Assembly: GCA_016839555.1 (NCBI GenBank)
Contig: JAEOUA010000012.1
Location: forward strand, 1-64,000
Direction of reading: 5' to 3'
Length of the DNA: 64,000 nucleotides
Origin: Promethearchaeota archaeon
GTDB lineage: Archaea; Asgardarchaeota; Lokiarchaeia; Sigyniarchaeales; SOKP01
Shown: one piece after another, positions 21,787 to 30,369 of the stretch
Layout: each line of letters starts with the position of its first letter
Numbering within the stretch: the first letter of the stretch is position 1
Notes under the pieces: generated by a model
Told to the model about the DNA's origin: nothing
Databases searched by the model: none
The model's input: the letters and a program-made list of their open reading frames with translations, nothing else
Made by a program: the position numbers and the translations under genes

Positions 21787-24700
21787 TTAAATCTTTTCCT
21801 TTAATTTTAACCTAGGAGCCAATCCTAAGGACATCATTTCCTGTAAAAGTAGTTTGAATGCGTATGAACATACAACTTTACTTATAGTAGTTCTTTCACC
21901 GCACACCGGGCAATATCTCTTATCACGGTTCCTATCATACACTGCCAGAAGACCACATTTCTCACATACAAGAATTGTCGTTTTATCCGATTCATCTAAT
22001 AATCTTTCTTTAAGAAGAAGTGCAGAACCATGACCTACTAAACAATCACGCTCCATCTCTCCAAATCGAAGCCCACCCTCACGAGCACGTCCCTCTGTTG
22101 GCTGACGAGTTAAAATCTGGACTGGTCCTCTTGCTCTTGCATGAAGTTTATCGGCAACAAGATGATATAATTTTTGATAATATATTGGTGCACAATAAAT
22201 CCCTGCTTCGTATTTTTCTCCCGTGATTCCATTATACATAGTTTCTCTGCCATTAAATTCAAATCCTGCTTCTACTAATTGTTCTTGTAGTTCTGTAATA
22301 TTTTTCCATTCAAAAGCAGTTGCATTTCCTAATTTTCCGGTATTACATGCTATTTTTCCACTAATACCTTCGAATAATTGACCCAAGGTCATTCTGGAAG
22401 GCATAGCATGCGGATTAACAATAATATCGGGAATGACTCCTGATGCTGTAAATGGCATGTCACTTTCATCAACAATCATACCAAGAACACCTTTCTGTCC
22501 ATGTCTTGAAGAAAATTTATCTCCTAGCTCTGGAATTCTTAAATCTCTTACTTTAATCTTAACCAATTTATTTCCATCAACAGTTTCAGAAATTATTACT
22601 GTATCAACGATTCCTTTTTCATTATGTCTCATATTTTTCGATGTTTCACGTCTATTTGGTTGCATTAATTCAAATTCTTCATAAGATTTAATAAATCGTG
22701 GAGGGGAAGTTCTCCCTATTAATACATCTCCCCCATTCACTGGAGTCTCTGGCTCGATAATACCGTCATCCTCAGATAACAGTCTATAAGATTCGGCAGA
22801 TTTGAATCCCCGAACACCTCGCTCTGGGATTTCAAACTTATCTACTTCTCCACCAGGATATTTTCTTTCTTCTGCATCATAGGTTCTAAAGAAATGACTT
22901 CTCGCTAAGCCTCTTTCAATTGAAGCTTTATTAATAATAATGGCATCTTCAATATTGAAGCCTTCATAACTCATCATAGCGACGATGAAATTCTGTCCTG
23001 CAGGTCTCTGGTTAAATCCTATGATATCCATTGGACTCGTTTTAACTAAGGGTTTTTGGGGGTAATGAAGAGTATGTCCTCTTGTATCTAATCGTAAATG
23101 CATATTTGCAGCAAATAATCCTAATGCTTGTTTAACCATTCCCGCTTCATAAGTATTTCTCGGTGATTGATTATGTTCTGGAAAAGGAATAATTGATGCA
23201 CAAATACCTAAAATTGCCGCTGGTGAAATTTCTAAATGAGTATGTTCCGCTGTTATTTCTTCTTCAAACATGGCAATAAACGCATTTTCTTCCTCTTCAG
23301 CATCTAAGTATTCAATAACGCCTTTATCGATTAGGTCTGACCATTGATATTTTCCCTCTCTTAACTTCATAATATCTTCTTTTGTTATCAGGGGCTTCTT
23401 GTTCTTAACAACATATAAAGGTCGTGTTGCTCTTCCCGCGTCACAATTGATTTGTATCTCTTTTGAATCGGAATAATATCCAATATTAACATGCTCACCA
23501 ATTTCTCTTCTTCGACGCTTTTCTCTAAGTTCAAGGATAAAAGAATTATAGTTTTGATGAATTCCCACCAATTTTCCATTTAAAAATACTTTTACTTTAT
23601 CACCTTCAATACTTCCGACTTGATTTATTGGAATAACGCCGAGATCTATTAAAATATTTTCAATGATCCTCTCATCGGTTCCCACAGAAATAATAGAAGC
23701 AAGCCCAAGATTTTTTACTAGACCACAATTTGGACCTTCAGGAGTCTCCGCTGGACATATTTTTCCCCACTGAGTGGGATGAAGATCTCTCGCTTCAAAG
23801 TGAGGCTGACTTCTGCTTAGAGGTGAGACTACTCTTCTTAAATGACTTAATGTGCCAACAAGATTTGTTCTATTTAATAGCTGACTAACTCCCGCTTTTC
23901 CACCTACCCAATTTCCTGTTGCTAATGCATGTCTAATTCTTTCCGTTATAACATCCGCTCTTACCGCCGTTTTTATATTAGGTGCTCTCCCCCTCACTGC
24001 TGTCCGTTCCAATTGATATTTAATATCTTTAACAAGATTGAGAAAGGCAACTCTAAAAAGAGAAGTAAATAGGTCTCCAGCAAGTTTTAATCTCTTATTA
24101 GCATAATGGTCTTTATCATCGGGTTCTCGCAGTTCTAATGCAAGTTCCATGACTTTTTGAGCCATTTGTCCTAAATAATAAGCTTTTTTAACCCTATCTT
24201 CTTCATCATTTCCAATATGAGGTAATAAATAGCGATCTAATACTTGGAGTGCTCTTCTAATACGATAATCTTTCGTCTGCCCTATGGCAACTCGCTTTCC
24301 TATATAATCTAAGGCATTTTGTTTTGATTTTTCCGGATCTTTCAATACTTTAATCTCTGATGCTACATCTATAACGGGTATCAATTCTTTTTGAATATCC
24401 TCATCCTCCGTTATCGCTTCAAAAATTTCCCTATCTGATTCTAATCCCAAAGCACGCATTAAAATCGCAAGGGGAATTTTTCCTGGGACGGATGGAAAGG
24501 AAACTCTTAAATTCCCATCTTTTTTTCTTTCAATATTTACTGGGGCTCGAAATCCGCTTCTTGTAGAAAAAACCTTTGCTTGATGGGTAGCACTTGAACT
24601 GCGGCTAGCTTCCTCAGCAAGAATCCTATTTGGAGCCAAATCCTCTTGAGTCACTAAGACTCTCTCTGTGCCATTAATAATAAAATATCCTCCTGGGTCG

Positions 24701-25146
24701 AGTGGATCCTCTCCCCTATTTATTAATTCCTGGTCAGAAAGAGATTCTAAAGGACATCTACAACTTTTTAACATTATCGGGATCTTACCGATGTAGATAT
24801 CTAATGTTTCTTTTGGCTCCTCTCGCTGCGTTCTTTCATCTATAGTTATTGGTGTCATCTCTAGTGTAATATCGGCAGCATAGCTTAGTTCTCTTATCCG
24901 TGCTTCGATTGGTGAAATTTCCATGGTCGCTCCATCTGCCTCACGTACTTTAGGTCGCCCAACTTTAATCTTTCCGAATCGTATTTTAAAGCCGGGAATA
25001 TCGGGGATAACTTCTGAACTTTCCTCCGTTATCTGTTGCATCTCTCGCTCGATGAAGTCATTATAAGAATCGAGATGTTGTCGAACGAGTCCTTTTTCAT
25101 TAAATAAGGCTTTAAGAGCTGTCCAATTATCTTCTGCTGTTAACAT
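21787..25146 (-). CDS. rpoB: DNA-directed RNA polymerase subunit B (Rpo2, unsplit)
   Basis: GGYFIINGTERV, ETPEGPNCGL, GDKFSSRHGQKG, RFGEMERD, C-terminal Zn ribbon. Confidence 0.99.
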   Translation of the reverse strand: MLTAEDNWTALKALFNEKGLVRQHLDSYNDFIEREMQQITEESSEVIPDIPGFKIRFGKIKVGRPKVREADGATMEISPIEARIRELSYAADITLEMTPITIDERTQREEPKETLDIYIGKIPIMLKSCRCPLESLSDQELINRGEDPLDPGGYFIINGTERVLVTQEDLAPNRILAEEASRSSSATHQAKVFSTRSGFRAPVNIERKKDGNLRVSFPSVPGKIPLAILMRALGLESDREIFEAITEDEDIQKELIPVIDVASEIKVLKDPEKSKQNALDYIGKRVAIGQTKDYRIRRALQVLDRYLLPHIGNDEEDRVKKAYYLGQMAQKVMELALELREPDDKDHYANKRLKLAGDLFTSLFRVAFLNLVKDIKYQLERTAVRGRAPNIKTAVRADVITERIRHALATGNWVGGKAGVSQLLNRTNLVGTLSHLRRVVSPLSRSQPHFEARDLHPTQWGKICPAETPEGPNCGLVKNLGLASIISVGTDERIIENILIDLGVIPINQVGSIEGDKVKVFLNGKLVGIHQNYNSFILELREKRRRREIGEHVNIGYYSDSKEIQINCDAGRATRPLYVVKNKKPLITKEDIMKLREGKYQWSDLIDKGVIEYLDAEEEENAFIAMFEEEITAEHTHLEISPAAILGICASIIPFPEHNQSPRNTYEAGMVKQALGLFAANMHLRLDTRGHTLHYPQKPLVKTSPMDIIGFNQRPAGQNFIVAMMSYEGFNIEDAIIINKASIERGLARSHFFRTYDAEERKYPGGEVDKFEIPERGVRGFKSAESYRLLSEDDGIIEPETPVNGGDVLIGRTSPPRFIKSYEEFELMQPNRRETSKNMRHNEKGIVDTVIISETVDGNKLVKIKVRDLRIPELGDKFSSRHGQKGVLGMIVDESDMPFTASGVIPDIIVNPHAMPSRMTLGQLFEGISGKIACNTGKLGNATAFEWKNITELQEQLVEAGFEFNGRETMYNGITGEKYEAGIYCAPIYYQKLYHLVADKLHARARGPVQILTRQPTEGRAREGGLRFGEMERDCLVGHGSALLLKERLLDESDKTTILVCEKCGLLAVYDRNRDKRYCPVCGERTTISKVVCSYAFKLLLQEMMSLGLAPRLKLKEKI

Positions 25147-25292
25147 TTTTTTAAAAAAAATATTTATTTAATGAGAATAAGAAACCCTCGCAAAAAAATT
25201 TTATGGAAAAGAAAGAAACCAGAATTCATTCTCTTTTTTTAAAAAACTGTAATTTACTATCATTTAAAAAAGATGTAAATAATAAGCGTCAT

Positions 25293-25550
25293 TTATTTCT
25301 TTTCTTTCTTAACATATCTATAATATTCTACTTCCCGAACTGTGGTATCCGATTCGCGAATGATTTTAACCACGTCTCCCTCTTTTGCTCCTATCGCTAA
25401 GGCAACAGGATCTTTTTCGAACATTTGAGGAAGATCGGTATAGCGTATTTTATATCTACCCAAGATATCTTCTGCTTGAGATTTCGTTAGCAGAATATGT
25501 TTTGGAGTTAACTTATGTAATAGGACATCAAGAGCAGTCTTTTTGGGCAT
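25293..25550 (-). CDS. rpoH: DNA-directed RNA polymerase subunit H (Rpo5)
   Basis: HKLTPKHILL, LPQM..KDPV, GDVVKIIRES, YYRYV; directly upstream of rpoB. Confidence 0.96.
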   Translation of the reverse strand: MPKKTALDVLLHKLTPKHILLTKSQAEDILGRYKIRYTDLPQMFEKDPVALAIGAKEGDVVKIIRESDTTVREVEYYRYVKKEKK

Positions 25551-25636
25551 TTTCTTATCCTCATTCTTATATTATTCTATAAAATATAGGATATCTAAAA
25601 AATTTAATTTTTATAAAAATAAATCAAAAAGATAGT

Positions 25637-26275
25637 TTAATTCTTTGAAAGCGAATAGTGAAATACCCAATACCCACTTCTTTTAATCTTAATTATAACA
25701 TTATTATTATTAAAATTTTGGTTTAAATAGTTGAACACATATTCTGCTCCCATTTTTCTTCGAAGTACGAATTCGAAAAAACCACCTCGCTTTAGATAAT
25801 TTGGAATTTCATCAAAAAGATTTAAAAATTTATCCCTTCCCTGCCTAACAGGAGGATTCATATAGATTCCATCGAACTCGATATTCCTATTCTTTAATGC
25901 TTTAAAATAGTCTCCATCAAGAACAAATAATCGATCTTGAGAATACGGCAAATTTATTTTAATATTTTCCTTAACGCACCAAATTGCGCGCTTATTAAAC
26001 TCAATAAAATATACTTTACTCTGTGGTGATTCATATGCTAACACAATTCCAATTGGTCCATAACCACAACCCAAATCCAATAAAACACTGGGTTCTTTTG
26101 GAATATGCATGTGTTTTATTAATATTTTTGTTCCTAAATCTATTTTATTCTTCGAAAAAACACCTGTAGTGGTTTTAAAAATATATAAATGTCTCCTTAA
26201 ACTTTCCGATATCGTAAATACTTTTAAATCTACATCTGGAAAGCGTGAAGAATAATGATCATTTTTAGCTGGCAT
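25637..26275 (-). CDS. Class I SAM methyltransferase, RsmC/MTS family
   Basis: GVFS...IDLGTKIL, LDLGCGYGPIG, NPP. Confidence 0.9.
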   Translation of the reverse strand: MPAKNDHYSSRFPDVDLKVFTISESLRRHLYIFKTTTGVFSKNKIDLGTKILIKHMHIPKEPSVLLDLGCGYGPIGIVLAYESPQSKVYFIEFNKRAIWCVKENIKINLPYSQDRLFVLDGDYFKALKNRNIEFDGIYMNPPVRQGRDKFLNLFDEIPNYLKRGGFFEFVLRRKMGAEYVFNYLNQNFNNNNVIIKIKRSGYWVFHYSLSKN

Positions 26276-26276
26276 C

Positions 26277-27296
26277 TTAATCCTGCTCTATCATTTCTGC
26301 TTTTTGATCCCATCGTGGATAGGTTCCTCTTTTCATAAACACTTTATTAGATGTGACCATAATGCCATTTTTCGCTTTATATATCGACATTGCATCTTTT
26401 TTGCTAATCCCGAATCCGATTAATTCCCCTTTTAGAGACATTATTGCTACTTGCATATTTGGTTGAATTCTGGCATCAAGACTGCAAATTCCTGCAGCAG
26501 CGAGATCTGCCCCATGACAAATGGCATCCACCGCAGTGTCTCGAACATAAATCTTTAACATATGTGAAACCATTTTTTCCATCGGGGATATAATATTCTT
26601 TAAATAAAAACTATCATTTTCTTGTTGGTAGATCGTAAATGCATCTTTCAAATTTTGGAGAGTAATTAAACTTTTATCTTCCTTAAAATTACCGACCCTT
26701 GTTCTCCTTAATTCAAGCATATGAGCTCCTGAACTTAAAGCCTCTCCTATATCAAAACATAGTTTTCGAATATAAGTCCCCGCTTCACATCCAACTTTAA
26801 ACAAAACATATCTATTATGTATTTCTAAGAGATTAATATAGTAAATCTCTCTTATTCGAAGTTGTCTCCTCACTGAAGATTTCATTGGCGGTCGCTGATA
26901 AATTTTTCCTGTAAATATATCAAATATTTTCATAATCCTTTCTTTAGGTTCTTCTTTATGTAAATACATTACGCAGACGTATTCCTTTGGAGCAGTTAAT
27001 AACGCTGAAAGAACTCTTGTAGCACGCCCTAATGCAATGGGTAACACTCCAGTAACACCTGGATCTAGCGTCCCACCATGTCCTACTTTAACTATATATA
27101 AAATTTTTTTTATCCATGAAACCACTTCATGAGAGGTTGGACCACTAACCTTATCAAGATTAATTACTCCATATTTTAATAATTCTTGTACATTTCTCTC
27201 TTCAGGGCTTTTACCATAGCTCAGACTGGTCTCAGAATCAGATTTTATTAATAATTGCTCTGGTTCATCCAAAGGAATTTTAACTGATTTCTCCAT
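26277..27296 (-). CDS. cbf5: H/ACA RNA-guided pseudouridine synthase Cbf5 (TruB family)
   Basis: NLDK..GPTSHEV, GHGGTLDP, GTYIRKLC, ELRRTR, PUA domain. Confidence 0.96.
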   Translation of the reverse strand: MEKSVKIPLDEPEQLLIKSDSETSLSYGKSPEERNVQELLKYGVINLDKVSGPTSHEVVSWIKKILYIVKVGHGGTLDPGVTGVLPIALGRATRVLSALLTAPKEYVCVMYLHKEEPKERIMKIFDIFTGKIYQRPPMKSSVRRQLRIREIYYINLLEIHNRYVLFKVGCEAGTYIRKLCFDIGEALSSGAHMLELRRTRVGNFKEDKSLITLQNLKDAFTIYQQENDSFYLKNIISPMEKMVSHMLKIYVRDTAVDAICHGADLAAAGICSLDARIQPNMQVAIMSLKGELIGFGISKKDAMSIYKAKNGIMVTSNKVFMKRGTYPRWDQKAEMIEQD

Positions 27297-27335
27297 GATA
27301 AATTAAAAAATTGTTGGTAAGAATCTAGTACAATT

Positions 27336-27381
27336 TTAATGATTTTAGAATAATAATATTAATGATTTTAGAATAATAATA
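27336..27381. repeat. Perfect 23-bp tandem duplication (TTAATGATTTTAGAATAATAATA x2)
   Basis: Two identical copies at 27336-27358 and 27359-27381, between tRNA-Lys and the cbf5 start. Confidence 0.9.
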
Positions 27382-27447
27382 AAATATTCTTTTTTAAGGA
27401 AAAATCTTATTTGAAATTGATTTATCTTTTTTTAAGGGTAAGGTAAG

Positions 27448-27552
27448 CGGGCTATGTGGGATTTTCACCTCTATTCGAAGCGAATAAAAAATATTGAACC
27501 CACGACCTTCAGGTTAAAAGCCTGCTGCGCTACCTGCCTGCGCTAATAGCCC
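27448..27552 (-). tRNA. tRNA-Lys(UUU) with a 31-nt T-loop intron (59/60; 27462-27492)
   Basis: Minus strand: acceptor GGGCTAT/ATAGCCC, G73, anticodon arm CAGG-CTTTTAA-CCTG, T arm GTGGG-TTCAAT^T-CCCAC. BHB with central helix TTCA/TGAA. Confidence 0.92.
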
Positions 27553-27685
27553 TTTAAAACTAATATATATTTATAATTTTTAAAACTAAAAAGTCAAGAT
27601 TTTAAATCCATAATAATATAAAAATTTTATTTAGTGAAAGCATAAAACCATAATCTTTAAATAGATTTACTATAATGAAGTATTA

Positions 27686-28747
27686 TCACGAGCTTTGAGT
27701 AAAATGTTCATATCCTTTTATTTTTAATTTATACTTCTTACCTTTATTTGAAATATATATTTCTGAATCATCAATCACCACTCCTATTTTAAGTAGTGTA
27801 CCCTTATTTTCTCGAATTATTTTCTTAGCTCTTTTATATTTTTTAGGATTTATTGTAAAAAGATGAATAAATTCCTCTCCTCCATTGAAAATGAGATCTT
27901 CCAGCGAAACATTAAATTCTGCCGAATATTTTTTGGCCTCCATATCTATTAAATTTTCGTCCATCATAATTTCAAATCCAAGTCCGGAATTAGAAACCAT
28001 TAATTCTCTCAAAGATTTTGCTAAACCATCAGAGGAATCTATACTTGCAGTCGCTAATTCATATTTGGAGAGAATTAAACCTTCAAAACCTAATTCTGGA
28101 TTTAAAATACTATTAATTGCATTCTGAAAGGCCTTAAACGCATCAAGAGGTTTTTGTTTATTTAATAATATATCAAATCCCACACCAGTTAATCCAAATT
28201 TTCCATTCGCAACCACAAGATCACCACTCTTCATTCCTTTTCTATATAATATTCTATTTTTTTCTTGAATCCCAAATATAGTAGGATTTATTATTATTTC
28301 TTTTGTTTGGTTTATATCCCCTCCGATATATTCGATATTATATTGTATACAACACTCAATAATTCCATTCATTAATGATTTAAACTCATGAATTTTTAAA
28401 TCAAATGGTAAACCAAGTGATATAAAAATCGCTTTTGGCTTTACCCCCTTAACTATAATATCACTCAAATTTATTAATACTGATTTAAAACCAATCTGAA
28501 AATAATTCATTGGTTTTGGAACGTCTGTAGTCGAAACCAGCATATCCGTGTTTAAAACAAGGACCGTTCGGTTTTGAGCCTTATCGTGTTCATAATTAGA
28601 GATCTCATAAAAAAATGCATCATCCCGGATTAAGAATTTCTTAGTTTTTTTATATATTAATTCCTCTATTAAATTAATAATTCTTGTTTCTCCTAGATCT
28701 TTTAATTCTCTTTTATTATTGTTGGACGTCATAAAAAAACAGACCAT
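27686..28747 (-). CDS. thiL: Thiamine-monophosphate kinase
   Basis: LGETRII, DDA, TDML, NLSD, GGD, DSSDGL, GGEEF. True start may be the ATG at 28732. Confidence 0.92.
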   Translation of the reverse strand: MVCFFMTSNNNKRELKDLGETRIINLIEELIYKKTKKFLIRDDAFFYEISNYEHDKAQNRTVLVLNTDMLVSTTDVPKPMNYFQIGFKSVLINLSDIIVKGVKPKAIFISLGLPFDLKIHEFKSLMNGIIECCIQYNIEYIGGDINQTKEIIINPTIFGIQEKNRILYRKGMKSGDLVVANGKFGLTGVGFDILLNKQKPLDAFKAFQNAINSILNPELGFEGLILSKYELATASIDSSDGLAKSLRELMVSNSGLGFEIMMDENLIDMEAKKYSAEFNVSLEDLIFNGGEEFIHLFTINPKKYKRAKKIIRENKGTLLKIGVVIDDSEIYISNKGKKYKLKIKGYEHFTQSS

Positions 28748-28792
28748 AAAGTTAAAATTTTTTATTAATTTATATGTATTGATTCTTTTTAA

Positions 28793-28865
28793 GCCTCTGT
28801 AGCTTAGTGGTTAGAGCAATTGATTCGTAATCAATAGGTCGGGGGTTCAAATCCCCCCAGAGGCT
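28793..28865 (+). tRNA. tRNA-Thr(CGU), intronless
   Basis: GCCTCTG/CAGAGGC acceptor, anticodon arm ATTGA-TTCGTAA-TCAAT, GGGGG-TTCAAAT-CCCCC. Confidence 0.96.
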
Positions 28866-28868
28866 TTC

Positions 28869-29882
28869 TTAAACATTATCTAAGGTAAAATACGTCTTTA
28901 TCATTTTTAAAGCTAATATTTCAAAGGAGTCATTTATATTTTCTCCCGTTTTGGCACTAGTTTCTATATATGAAATATTTAGATTATCTGCTAGTCGCTG
29001 GCCTTCTTCCATGTTAACTTCTCTTTGATCTTCCAAATCGATTTTATTTCCCACTAAGATTAATGAGATTTTAGAACAAACCTTTTTAATTTCCTCATAC
29101 CAATCCGTAATGTTATCATAAGTCTCTCGCCGCGTGACATCATAGACAAGAATCCCTACTTCTGCATTGGCTAAATAGGATTTTCTGACCCTTTTGAATT
29201 GTGTCTGACCCGCAAGATCCCATATAACAAATCTTACACTTGTTCCTAATCCTTCAAAATTACACTGTTTTTTCATAATTGAAACTCCAATTGTTCCCTT
29301 ATAATCTGATTGAAATGTATCTTCTACAAACCGGTGAACCATACTAGTTTTTCCCACAGCTCCATCGCCTCCCAAGATCAGTTTGAACGCATATTCATCG
29401 CCCTTGCTTTTGATTTTTTTCAATTTATTAATCTCTCGTACTATTTTGCTATCTTGTTTTTCTATAATGATTTTAGGAATTACAGGACTAACTGTTCTCC
29501 CGTCAAAAATACGAGCAATCTTTTCAGCAGTTAAATACGCTGTAGGGAGGATTGGATCAACCATAGAAAGCCCATCTAACACAGTAACAAATACAGCATG
29601 TTCTCCTGCTTCAGAAAAAATCAATCGATATTCATCGGTATCAAATGTTCCTGTTCCAAAAGATCCTGAACTAAATTCTTTAGTTATTCTTTCTAACACG
29701 GGTTCCACTAACGCACTTAGCCCACCAACTAAGTCCTCTTTTACTGTTTTATCTACTGAACTAGAGATCGCATCCATAATTAATCCTTCACGATCTGCTA
29801 TAATAGCAGCAATTAAATTATCTCCTAAAGCCTCTTTATACCACATAAGAAGAGCGTGTAATTTTTCTCTGTCAACAGTCAT
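28869..29882 (-). CDS. Roadblock/LC7 domain fused to a Rab-like small GTPase
   Basis: N-terminal roadblock pattern (AAIIADREGLI...LIFSEAGEHAVFVTV); GTPase GDGAVGKT, TIGV, WDLAGQ, NKID, ETSAK. Confidence 0.88.
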   Translation of the reverse strand: MTVDREKLHALLMWYKEALGDNLIAAIIADREGLIMDAISSSVDKTVKEDLVGGLSALVEPVLERITKEFSSGSFGTGTFDTDEYRLIFSEAGEHAVFVTVLDGLSMVDPILPTAYLTAEKIARIFDGRTVSPVIPKIIIEKQDSKIVREINKLKKIKSKGDEYAFKLILGGDGAVGKTSMVHRFVEDTFQSDYKGTIGVSIMKKQCNFEGLGTSVRFVIWDLAGQTQFKRVRKSYLANAEVGILVYDVTRRETYDNITDWYEEIKKVCSKISLILVGNKIDLEDQREVNMEEGQRLADNLNISYIETSAKTGENINDSFEILALKMIKTYFTLDNV

Positions 29883-30222
29883 AGTTCTTCAAAAACTATT
29901 CTATGGTTAAAATTAATTCTTGCTAATAATACTTAATTATTATAAATGATTAATATGTTTCCTAAAAAATAAAAATATTTTTTAAAAAATTTTTTGCTAA
30001 CTATAATTACTCCCATAGTTGTATTTTACTTTTTATTTTAACAAAAGATTTGAAGAGAAAAACTGTAAACCTTTACCTTTTTATATTATTTTTAAAATAA
30101 TTGAAATCAATAAAATTTTCTATAAGAATATCCGATCTAAAAAAATTTTATAATTTAGGTATATTATTATGGTTATATTAGTAATCGAGGTCTTTTTATT
30201 AATAGTAGTAGGATTTTAAATT

Positions 30223-30336
30223 GCAGAGGTCGCCAAGCCTGGCCAACGGCGCTAGACATCTGCTATCTTTAGTAGGTGGAAGAGACCGAGGCTCTAGTCT
30301 CATAGGAGTACGAGGGTTCAAATCCCTCCCTCTGCA
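30223..30336 (+). tRNA. tRNA-Leu (probably GAG) with a 29-nt non-canonical intron in the anticodon arm (~30258-30286)
   Basis: Acceptor GCAGAGG/CCTCTGC, A73, Leu-type D arm GCCAAGCCTGGCCAACGGC, long variable arm, GAGGG-TTCAAAT-CCCTC. Spliced arm is CTAGA-CCGAGGC-TCTAG. Confidence 0.82.
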
Positions 30337-30369
30337 TTCATTATATTCTCTCCAAAAAATAAGATTTTT

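Noticed and set aside
27336-27381. CRISPR array
   Set aside because: Only two adjacent copies, no spacers and no cas genes.
5068-30336. Integrated element at any of the four tRNA genes
   Set aside because: No integrase or transposase and no duplicated tRNA 3' end found; the flanks are housekeeping genes.
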